A DNA stretch of 49,573 nucleotides from Vitrella brassicaformis CCMP3155 (taxonomy: Eukaryota; Protista; Chromerida). Below are positions 22,996-33,840 of this stretch, in pieces. The position numbers and the translations under genes were made by a program. The notes beneath the pieces were generated by a model that worked only from the letters and a program-made list of their open reading frames with translations, was not told where the DNA came from and did not search any database. Location: the NCBI GenBank assembly GCA_001179505.1, contig CDMY01000569.1, forward strand, positions 1 through 49,573, given 5' to 3'. Each line of letters opens with the position of its first letter. Position 1 is the stretch's first letter.

Positions 22996-25869
22996 ATGTT
23001 CCTTAAAACGGCGACAGACTTCAGAAATGGCGCATCTTTCGAGGAAGGCTCTGCCACTAGGCAACCCCTCCTCAATCCGCAACAACCATCGGGGCTCACG
23101 CCTGACAACACAAAGGAAAGGAGATTGGCACCGAGGAATGAGTGATGTGGTTCTTTCAGGAACGATTGTTGTGCGTTTCGTGTATGCAGGGACGGTGGTG
23201 AGAATTGCAGCTCTCACAAACCACTGGCCCTTTGCAACACGGCCCACTCTTCAGCAGTAGCCTCGTCTTCCCACCTCACCGTGTCTCACTTGGGTGAGAT
23301 GAGATACAAGCCACAACTCCTCAATGGGCGGATGGATGTATGACATTTCCGCAGCAAACAAGCCTCGCGTGTTGCCAAACGAGCCACTGCTCACGTAGAG
23401 TTGCAAAACACAGGCATCTCAGCTGATGCCTGATTGTATGTGATGTGTGTGGTCCGACAAACGCATGGTCAGGCCCCTGCTGCTGAGGCGTGAAAAGCTG
23501 GAGAGGCAGGCGAAGCTGCTGGGTACTCATGAATATATCGGATGAATGGATGGATGTGCTGCAAGATGCTGCTTCGGCGCTGCAGGTCTGTGTGACGATG
23601 AGTGGGACAGATTCCACGACTGCTCCACACCGAAATTGCTGAGATGCCTCGAAATCAAGGTAATGTGTACATGCTAACACGTGCACAGTGCGACGCTCTG
23701 TGCTTCTATTAGGAGTATCGTCGTCGGCAGGCGGCGGCACTCCGCATTCAGAGCAGATGGCGCACTTTTAGGGTCAGCCAGTGCATGTGTGTCTCTCCTG
23801 GACTTGTGTCTCTGTCGACGAATGTGCACGTGTGTGTCATCTCCGTATGTGTGGGTGTGGCTGCAGTGGTGTGTCAATTACTACTGGGTGGTGAGACGGT
23901 ATCACGACGCCCAGCGGCGGATAGTCGCATACTGGCGCTTCTACAGCAGATACAAGAAACCAAGGTGCGTCTGCCACAAGTTTTGCAAGCAAGGACTGTC
24001 ACCTCATGCTTCCCCTTGCGTCTTCTCAATTCAGGTTTCATCGCATGTTGCGCCAGCTCACAGAAAAATGGGCGAACAGAAGGATCAAAGATGTAAGTCG
24101 AAGGCACCTGTATGTGACCGCTTCGACGGTCATGTATGTCTCTTTTGGTTCATGTTGGTCTATAGGCTGTCTTCGGCGTCACCCATAAGAAGCGAGTGCT
24201 CCGGGAGATGAGATTTCAGAAGTGAGCGGGAGACGGTGGCGCCACGCCATTCATGACACGGCTCGTGGTTAATGCAGGCTTGACCCGATTCTGCAGCCGT
24301 TCGAGAAGCTGAAGCGGGACAATGAGTACAGGGCGGCCTGCGCCATCCAACGCCTTTATTTGCGACACTACTTCCAGCACGGCCAAAGGACTGGTCAGCA
24401 AATGATCCACAGACGACCAACAAATCACTCCATTTCTTTCTCACGCTTCCCCAGGCTTCTTTCGCCTGAGGGCTGCCCTGCTCATCCAGCGGGCCTACAG
24501 AGAGCACCGCAGAAGAGTGAGCGAACAGCACGCTCATGCACCCGCACAGATTTTTGTATGATTGTTCGTTGTGTCTCTGTCAGAGGAAGCTAGCCATGAG
24601 AAGGAGACTGAAGCGCGCACACACATCCGGAAGTAAGAAGAGACACGTGCTCCCATCCCCCTCGCTCTCATTGTGCCGTGTGCAGTGGAGAAGCTCCGAA
24701 GAGTCACAAGGGGCGTTCGACACATATTCTCCCTGACCAAAGCGCCCGTGGCCAACAACACCTCTGCAGTGCTCATCCGCAGCACCTCATCGCGACGAAC
24801 ACGCATCAGCCTGCCGAGCAGCAGCAACCTGCAGGGAGAAGGTGAAGGAAATGACCAAGAGCACGCCGATGGGGAGAGAGTGGGTGGGGACGTGGAGGCT
24901 GGTCTGCTGGGTCGCTCGATGAGCCGTGGCAGCCTGCGGACCTCCGTCAAGGTGCTGTATGAGCCTGCCGTCGTTGAGAAGGTTAGAGATAGGCAGGCAC
25001 AGTATTATGACAGCCTCCTGCAGCCCGTCACCACTGCCCGAAGAGCCACGTAAGTGAGTGAGTGAGTGAGACATGAATACGCCAGCCAGCTGCGAGACAT
25101 CACGCTGTTTGTCCTTCCCTCCCTCCCTCCCTTCAGTGTGGCTGGTGGCACGAGTCGCTTCTCTCTCTCCCGCCACAGCGCCCTGATGGCATCAATCAGC
25201 CTCCATCCCCGCCGCGCGTCAAAGCAGCCCCCAACAGTACACGCCTCCACGCCCCGAGGACAGACACGGATGGTCAAGAGGGCCAGCTGCACGCCGAAGC
25301 CGAGACGCCGAAATGCTCGCTCGTCCGTGCGGCAGGCGAGGGCGTCTGCTTCGGGCCACCATCAGCAGCCGCCAGAGGAGCATGCAAACAAGGCGGAAGA
25401 GGCGCCTCAGCCGACGGCAGGCAAGCCGTCTCTTCTGGTGTGTCTGGCTGAGCAGCCGAAGGAGGTCAGGATGCGCGAGGCGAGGCAGCAGCAGGGGCAG
25501 AAGGCTGCGTCACTCGCCGCACTCCCCCCGTCCGCTGCCCTGCACAAGCCCAAGCCACACCGCACAAGAACCATGCACTATCGAGGCTCGCTGGACAGTA
25601 GTCGCACGAGCATTCTCAAGCACACCAGCAGAAGACCCGGGAGGATGAGAAACGGCCTCCGCCGCCTGTCGTCCGCGAGGATTGCTGCCATCAAGTCGGC
25701 ACTCTTGGGTGGTCAGCAGCTGTTGTTCGAGGACGATTTGTATGTGATGATGGAGGAAGACAAACAGGGCAGGGAGAGACCCAAGGCCAACCGTTCGCTG
25801 ACTTTGCCCAACCTGGGCAAATGCGGCGAAGCCGATAGTGAGACGGGATCCGTTGAGGACGGCGCTTGA
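22996..25869 (+). CDS. IQ calmodulin-binding motif protein (at least 3 IQ motifs), basic low-complexity C-terminus
   Basis: Spliced exons give QAAALRIQSRWRTFR (about 23727-23770), RAACAIQRLYLRHYF (about 24331-24375) and RAALLIQRAYREHRRR (about 24466-24515). Frame-consistent GT-AG introns run through to ORFs 24673-25053 and 25066-25869 (TGA 25867-25869). The 5' exons are less certain. Confidence 0.7.
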
Positions 25870-26122
25870 TGCATACGCATTCGTTTGATCTGCATGCGCT
25901 AAGTAAGTATTTGCTGGTCTGTGAATGCAGCGACTTGCGTGCCAAAGGGCACTGTCGTTCCATCACGTTTATGAACAAGTCGACTTGCATACACGGCCAT
26001 GCAGAATGAATGATGCAGTTGCAACTCGCCGACTGTATGTCTCATTCATTCACTGCCTGCCTGCCTGACTAAATGGTGACTGATGGAGACATGTCTGTCT
26101 GCACGGCCTGTCAGTCCATAAT

Positions 26123-28312
26123 TCATCCCCCCTCTGTCTCTGCCTTCCTCCTTTTGCCCTTCCATCCCTCGATGGCCTCCCGCGCCCCCACGCCTTGAAG
26201 CAGCCTGTCCGCAGCGGCTGTCTCGCCCACCCTCATCCTGCCACCCACAGGCGTCCCCTTCTCGCCAGTCGCGGCCTTCCTCTTAGCCAAACTGTGCTGT
26301 CGCTGCGAATAGGCCATGATGGGCGGCAGCGGGTATGGCGACTCTGCCGGCGCATCATTGATCGTCGCCGGCAGCTTGCCGAGATCCTCGACCTCATTGC
26401 GAGGGACGGGTGCCACTCGTCTCGTCTTGTTGATCAGGGAGAGGGGCGGGTGAGAGGATGGGGACGTGAGGGGCTCGATGTCTTCCTCTGACATGCCGAT
26501 GCCACGACCCGCATGCTCGATCGCCTGACATACATCACAGGAGGCTCTGATGGGTGTGTGTTGTTGGTTCTCTCGCGTACGTCTGTTTGCCAGCTGGGCA
26601 GCTTGGTCACGTTGGCACGCAGTCGATCGACCAGCAACCTCCACAGATGGTCCTCCCCAACGCCCATGGCCTTGAGCCGACACGCAGCCTCGAACCCCTC
26701 CACACAGTCTAGCAACGACAGTGAGGCCTCCGCCCTCTCGCAGTGCACCATCACGGCCTCCGTGTAGACAACCCACTCTTTGTCCACACCGCTGGGATTG
26801 CCCGTATCCCGCAGCGCCCGGATGGCGAATGAGGCTGCGTTGAGAAGGGTTATGAGTGTCCACAGGCTGAAGCTCTCAGGGGGGAAGGACGACAGCAGCA
26901 CCAGCAGCAAGTGAGGGGAGGGGGGGAGGGGCTCCGGTGAGGAGGAGGCTGCTGCGGCGGCATACCCGCAAAGGATCATGCTCATCTGCTCAGTCTGTAT
27001 CTTCATAGGGTGGCTGTGTCGCGCCAGGAGGGAGTCGGTCAGCTTGCTTACGACATCGGGACGCGTGTGGGGGGCGGGCAGCCGGCCAAACGCGTATACC
27101 TGCATGAAACGTACTTCCTTCCCATGTGCTTTTATCGGTCCCTCCCTCCCTTTCTCCGGCCCTCCCTTACCAATGTCGCCCCTTGTGGCGGCTTGAGCTG
27201 GTCCGCGAGTCCCAGCACCCTCCCCGCCATGGCCTCAAACAGCGGGACGTACCACAGCTTTATCCTCCCATACGCATACGCCGCGTTGCTCATGTCCATG
27301 TCATTCATCTCGTCAACACGACCTTCCAACTCGACAGCCACACGCAGCAGCAGCCGAACACTGCTGTCGTCCACATTTCCCATCAGCCCCTCTAGCTCAT
27401 CTCTCGCCACCACCCAGTCGAGCCTGCCGACCGACGGCAGCTTGGCGAATGCGTGTGCCAGGTTGGCGAAGTCGCGTGTGGCGAACTGGAGCAAAGGGTC
27501 GTCAGTGGAGGGTGGTTTGTCAAGGCGGTGGAGGACCTCCTTAGCAAGGTGGAGAAAGAGGGCGTCGTCGAAGGCACCCAGACGGACGTAGGCGAGCGCA
27601 ATGGACACCAGCTCCTGACAATCGACGAATGAATGAGTGACAGACAGACAGACAGACAACATTGCAAGTGATCTCACATGGTGCCATGGATCCATCCTGC
27701 ACCCACCTTAGGGTTTCCCTCTGGTATCTTCCAGCGCAGCTCGGCCGCCACCCGCTCAAACAGCCCCTCGTTCCTCAGCCGCAGCCGGCCATAGGCATTC
27801 ACCATAACAGCCAAGTCCTGCACGTTGAAGTTCATCAGCCAGTCGGCATTCAGACGCTCCCCTATCATGCCGAACAGGCCCTCGTCCTTCATCCCTAGCC
27901 GCGCCATGGCATTGAGCACCAGCGAGATGCCCTGTGGCGAGGTGGACGGCAGATGCTCGTACAGCTCTGATCGGATGGCCTCCCACAGGGGCTTGTCGAC
28001 GTGCCCCGACGCAGCCTCGCGGTTGGCAATGCCGCCGATCTGGTTGCCGAACCGATGTGGTCTTTTCTCATCGCCCGCCCTCTCCAGGTCCTCTCTCGGC
28101 CGGAGCCGCCGAAGCTGCCGCATGCCGTCGCCAGGCTTGGGCGGCTTGTAATGCTTGGCCTGCTGACCGCCCTTGTGGTGCCGCTGTGGTGCTGGACCAG
28201 CGTCATCCGATGGCTGAGACCCGGCTGACGTTGATGACATGAACCGACACGCCGTAGACACGCGCCGCCGGCATGGTTGTGTTGGAAGCGACTTGTGGGC
28301 CACTGAGCGCAT
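26123..28312 (-). CDS. Helical-repeat (heptatricopeptide/OPR-like, 37-38 aa units) organellar RNA-binding protein, probably mitochondrial
   Basis: Repeats SPQGISLVLNAMARLG (38-aa spacing), NVQDLAVMVNAYGRLR (37), NPK|ELVSIALAYVRLG, ATRDFANLAHAFAKL, NDMDMSNAAYAYGRIK and KPPQGATL|VYAFGRL. Presequence-like N-terminus MRSVAHKSLPTQPCRRRVSTACRFMSS. Introns 27615-27706, 27100-27170 and 26525-26580. No RAP domain recognised. Confidence 0.78.
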
Positions 28313-28445
28313 CGTGGAGATGGTTGTCGTCGCCTCAACAGGGAAGCAAACATGAATGCGAGCTGAGAGATACGCTGGCAGCTAAGCGTGCAGACCACAG
28401 AACGCTTGAAGGCTCTGCTCTTGACTCGCGAGGCTCGTATCAGCG
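28313..28445. promoter_or_regulatory. Short divergent intergenic region (helical-repeat gene and transporter)
   Basis: 133 bp between ATG 28312 (-) and ATG 28446 (+). Function is inferred from geometry. Confidence 0.45.
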
Positions 28446-31281
28446 ATGGCGGACGATGAGTCCGCTCGGCTTCGCCAGCAGATGCGGCAGCCGCTTCTCG
28501 CGCCCTCAGACCACCCGCAGGCAGCCCAGCATTACCCAGAAGGCCACCCACTGCATGTGCATCACCACCATCACGAGCCTCTTCCTCAGCATGGTACCAC
28601 AACAGAGAGGAGAAACACAATCATGTCTGGATGAATGCGTGAATCAATCGTGTGTGTGTCAGGCCCATCTTTCATGCAAGTATGTATGCTGCAGCTGCAG
28701 CCAGAGAAGAGCACTAACCAAGCAGGGAGGGCGGATTACAAATCGCATTGAATGCATTGGGATGGATGGTTGTATGCACTTGTCACTCATTCAGCGTGCT
28801 TTGCACTTCGAGGCAGGGACGCTCAAGGGTTCCGTGTTCACCCTGGTGTGCTCGGCGCTGGGGACGGGTGTGTTGACGCTGCCGTACGCATTCAGTCAGC
28901 TGGGGTGGGTGCTGGGGAGTGTGCTGCTCGTCGTGAGTGGCGCGGTGGCCAGCCTGACCATATTCATTCTCATGGTAGGTAGATCTAGAGCACGGGATGG
29001 ATGTGTATTGTGTGCTGGTGGTGGTGTGTGTGTAGGGTGCGATCCGAGTGACGGGTTCCCTCACGTACAGCAAGATGATGGGCAAGGCCATGAACAGCCA
29101 CCGATGGGAGAGGGTCACTGACGGGATTATCGTCTTTTACGTCATCGGGTGCTGCATCAGCTACTTCGTGTTCCTCGGCGACTTCACGCCACGCATACTC
29201 GAGGCCATCCCCTGCCCTGAGATATTCAGGGACAGGACGCTGCTGCTCACTCTCAGCCTGGTTGGTTGGTGGAAACATACACACATAACACACGAGAGCA
29301 GAAAGAGAGAATAGGAAAATGATGCACGTGTGTGTTCGTCGTCCGGTCAGATACTGATATGGCCACTGTCTTGTGTGAAGAGGTTATCTGCGTTGCGGCA
29401 TATCGCTCTCCTGCCCATATTCAGCATCATCATAACGTCGATTGTGGTGATAGTGCAGGCGCCCCACCTCATCCACGAGGCCTTCAAGACGGGCATGCGG
29501 CCAGAGGCCTTTTCTCTCAGCTGGAACTCGCCCAAGGCAGTCAACATATTCCTCTTCGCTTATATGGCCGTGAGTCGGGGAGCGGGAGGGGCAGCGGGAA
29601 CAGACGTGTGCTGTCCTCCTGTGCTGCACGCTTTTCCCTTGTCTGTGTCTGGTTGTTGTGCTCAGCATGTGAATGTGGTGCCTGTAGCTGAGGAGATCTT
29701 CGAGAGGGAGCCAAACACCTCACTGCTCGCATGTTTCAAGGTAGGCACCATGACACGACACACCTGCCGCACCCACCGCCGCCCCGGATGGACGAGCCTT
29801 GCGTTGTGTCAGCTTGGCGTCACGGCCTGCTTGATCGAGTTCGCCCTCTACGCCCCTCTGGGTACGCCAAGAGTAGTCCAAGACAGCCAACCAACCACAG
29901 CCATTCATTGTGTTCATTTTGCCGCTGGATGGGATGGTGTGTGGTGGATCCATCCATCCATCCATTTATTTATTTGTGCTTCAGCGTTCGTTGGCTACCT
30001 GAGCTGGCTGGGTTTGACCCGTCAGAACTTTACCACCAACTACAGCGCCACCGACCCGGCCTTCTTCCTCTGCCGCATCCTCCTCTCCATCAGCATGGTC
30101 GTGGCTGTCCCTATCAACGTCTTTGCGGCCGCCAAGTCGTGCGTCAGCCTGGCCAGGCACTTGTGGGGCAGGAGTGGCGTGGAATCGCCGAGCAGCGTCT
30201 CGTCCAACGGCGAGAGGGAGAGGGAAAATGGCTTGGAGTCGATGGATGGCGAAGAGAACAACAAGAACAAGAGGATAGCCATGGTGAGAGTCGGTCAGGC
30301 CTGATCAGATCAGGCCAGCTGCACTGGATGCATCCACATGCACCCATGCATGGGATGGATGACCGTGTTGCAGACGTTGCACGTGTCGGGCGACAGCGAG
30401 ATGGATGGCGTGTCGTCCTCCTACCCCATTGCCCGTGACAGGACCTCGCCCATGCCGGTCCCTGCCACCGCTGCGTCGGCCAACCCCAACACCAGCACCA
30501 CCAGCAACCACAATGGCAGCTACAGCGCCCCCCTGGTGCCCGTGGTGGTGTCATCGGGCTTGCGGCCGCCACACCTGGATGTCGAGCAGCCCACCATCAC
30601 GCAATCCTCCTCTGTGACATCCATCCCGGAAGTGCCAACGTGTATGTCTAAGGGAGGAAGAGTACAGAGAATGGCTGGGTGGTGGGAACCGATCAATCAA
30701 TGCGCTCACTCTGTGTGTGTGTGTGTGTGTGTGTCTGCAGCTGTGTTTGATCGTACATGGTTTCGTGTGTTTGTTGTGAGCATCTGTGTGCTGTCGTCCT
30801 ATGTAGTGGCGCTGCTCACCAGCAGGGTACACACGCAGCGCCTGCAGGCTCACAATGAATAGGTCTCTCTGTGTGTGTGGTGTGTGCAGGTGGCTGACAT
30901 CATAGGTGTCGTTGGTGGGATTTTCGCGACCTCGTTTATGGTCTCCTTCCCAGCCATTGTCTACTATCAGGTGAGCGAGCAGCGAGGCAGGCCACGGGCA
31001 GACATCCAACGATCCAATCTGCGTATGGGTGCAGGAGTTCTATCATGTGCATCCGCCCTGGCTGTACTGGACCATCATCATCGCACTCGCCGCATTCGCC
31101 ATGGTACACTACACACGCGTCTGTCTCCACACGCCAGCCATGCCATGCTCCACAGATGCCAGCCATGCCATGCCACACAAGTCTGTCTGTCTGTCTGTCT
31201 GCGTGTGGTCAGGTTGGCTATGTGAGCACCACGGTGATAGTGCTGCAGTGGACCGGCGTATGCTGCACAGTCACACACTAG
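28446..31281 (+). CDS. Amino-acid/auxin permease (AAAP, SLC38-like Aa_trans) transporter
   Basis: GSVFTLVCSALGTGVLTLPYAFSQLGWVLG; TYSKMMGKAM; IGCCISYFVFLGDF; WPLSCVKRLSALRHIALL; FLFAYMA|HVNVVPV; FVGYLSW; VAVPINVF; VADIIGVVGGIFATSFMVSFPAIVY. Ends ...CCTVTH* (TAG 31279-31281). Confidence 0.92.
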
Positions 31282-31900
31282 ACACGACACGAACTCCTAC
31301 ACACAGACAGAGACACCCACCCACCCACCCACCCATTCTATCTATGGTTTGTGACCTTGGTCGATTCATGTTTTTTCCGAGACGTGTGGCATGTGGCGTC
31401 ATGTGTATGTATGGCCATTATTGCATTATTGCTTATGTACACACCCATTGCACGTGTGGCCGGTGTATGTGTCCATGTGTGGGTGGGTGGGTGGGTGGGT
31501 GGGGGGAAGCACAACACGGGTACGCCGACTTTGTGCGTGCCGCCCGGCGTTGGTTGGCGCGTGTGTGAGTGTGTGATGCCTACAGGCATGCCATGCATGT
31601 GATTGACCCTGCTGCCGTCTGCCCAAAATACGCATGGGCGTGCACGTGGTTTATCCGTATATATGTGCATCGTGACCAGACCTCATATCTAAATTATCAA
31701 TTGCGGGTTCTACTATCAATCAGACGGTGATGCATGCATGCGTTTCGATCGGACCGGCAACATCAAACGAGCTGAGCTTTCCACATTGCAGTCTCTGAGG
31801 GAACCCTATTCGTCTCTACCAGAACAGCAAAGACCCCACTGATCACGAGAACTCGTGCAGCGCACACGCGCCGAACTGTCAGTGAGCGGACATCTGCAAG

Positions 31901-33840
31901 ATGTTCTCGCGCGCGGCGGCAAGAGCCCCGCTCAGCCACATCTCCCGTGGTGCTGGTCGGCACGTCACCGGGTCCCCCACACCCCCGCCTACCGTCAGGC
32001 TGGCGCACCGGGTGAATGATCAGGTAAGAGGAAGCAAGAAGAAAGTCGGGCAAGGCAGAGCGTCAGAGAGGAATACTCTCCACTGTCTATCTATGTCGAC
32101 CTGGGCCCTGTCTGGCGTCTCCTTGATGCAGAGACCGCGGACACAACAAAGGACTCTTCAAGACAGCATCACTGCAGTGAGCTATTTGGCAGTGAGACGC
32201 TGAGGCCCGAAAGAGGCCCACATGCACATGACCTCCAGTGTTTCTCGGTGTGCCTTCAGCCGCTACAGCAGCAGCAGCAGCAACAGCAACAGCTCCCCCA
32301 GCCAGAGTCTGCAGACACGCAGACACGCATGCGTCGCCTGGTAATCAATCAATCATGCCGGCCACAGATCTTGGCCGCAGGATCATGCATATGGCTGTTT
32401 GTGTTTGTTTGTGTCCGTGTGTATGTCTGTTATCTAAGTTTTTCCGCCTGCGACAGTGCGAGAAGGAGGCCCGTGAGAGCAGAGCCAAGCACCAGGCCCA
32501 GGAGGCCATGATATCGGTATGTAAGCCATCCTTATCGACCATCGAGGGATTAACTGTCTGCATGTCTGTCCGCCTCTGGCAGGACTTGCAGCAGCAAGTC
32601 AAAGAGCAAGAGGGCCACATCAAGTGCCTCCATGCACTGATCATTGTAAGTACGGACATTCAAGGACTACACAAGCCATCCAGCCATCTATCCATCCATC
32701 CATTCTACTGTTTGTTGCCCGCAGGAACTCCAGGACAGGGACAAGACACGTGAAGTTGACAACCGCCGAAAGACAGTCGGCACATGGAGGGGGCCACAGT
32801 CAAGCAAACGTTTGGTCCCCGTGTGTCTCTGCGGCCACCTGCTGTGCTGCAGCAGGACATGCACAACAAAGACAGCGAGATGGACAAGGCCACAGGGAAC
32901 ACGCAGCAGCAAGGCCTGAAGGTACAAAGCAGAGAGGCCTTGTGGGTACACTCCGTCCGATCGATTGGGAGAAGGAGACCGCCAGCCGCTTGTTTCCATG
33001 TTGTGTCTCCACAGGTGGCCACCAAGACAGCCAACCGGGGGCACAATGTGGAAGAGGTGACGCGCTTCGTCGACGAGCAGGCTGCTCAGGAAGCGCAACA
33101 GAGGGTAAGCAAGGTACATGCATTTGTGCACGAGTGTCTCCTGGAACTCATTCATTCAGGACTATGGGATACCCCCCTTGCCCTTGAGTGGCGGGGTTGG
33201 CCGGCCGATGACGAATGAGTGCCATGCTGAGCACCATCAGGTGTGTGTACACATCGGTGATACTTACCATCTTCTATGTCCGCCAAAGCATTAATTGTCT
33301 CTTTGTTCAGCTGCAGAGGTGGCCTGGGAGGACATCGCTTCACACACAGGGATGGCATGCAGGGAATGGCCCTCAGAACACTGCAGGTAGGGACACAGAC
33401 AGGACCCTATACTGTACTTGCCGTGGCCAGCCAGTACATATGCATGTGCATTTGTTCTTTCCCTTCTGGCAGCGACGAAGCCCCCATGCTACTCCCCGCA
33501 TACCACACCAGTAGAGCAGGCTCAGCAGGGCTGGGCGATGCAGCCACAGCATCCACTGGAGATGCATGTAAGCAAGCGCATGCACTTCTGTTTTTCGTCT
33601 TTTGACCGGCTTGCTGGCTGCAGATTGTCTTTTCTGTTGCTGGCGCCCCTCAACATCTGCCCGTGGACGGACATCAAGTGGCAAGCGGGGACAGACAGAT
33701 CATCGATCCGGCCTTCGGTGATGTGAGCTGTGTTTGTCTGGTCGTTTGCCTGGGTGGTTGTGTAGGTAATGCCACAGGGAACGATGCCGTGGTTTCCCCA
33801 GATGATGTCTCACCCCTTCGTCGCGTCTCCACCTTGCTAA
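31901..33840 (+). CDS. Hypothetical Q-rich coiled-coil protein (about 13 short exons) with a presequence-like N-terminus
   Basis: Frame-consistent exon chain MFSRAAARAPLSHISRGAGRHV...NDQ|RPRTQ...|PLQQQQQQQQQLPQP...|FFRLRQCEKEARESRAKHQAQEAMIS|DLQQQVKEQEGHIKCLHALII|...|VMPQGTMPWFPQMMSHPFVASPPC* (TAA 33838-33840). No known domain recognised. Confidence 0.6.

Noticed and set aside
27708-27716. Telomere-like TTAGGGTTT in the helical-repeat gene
   Set aside because: A single copy inside coding sequence (GGA AAC CCT AAG on the minus strand), so most likely chance.
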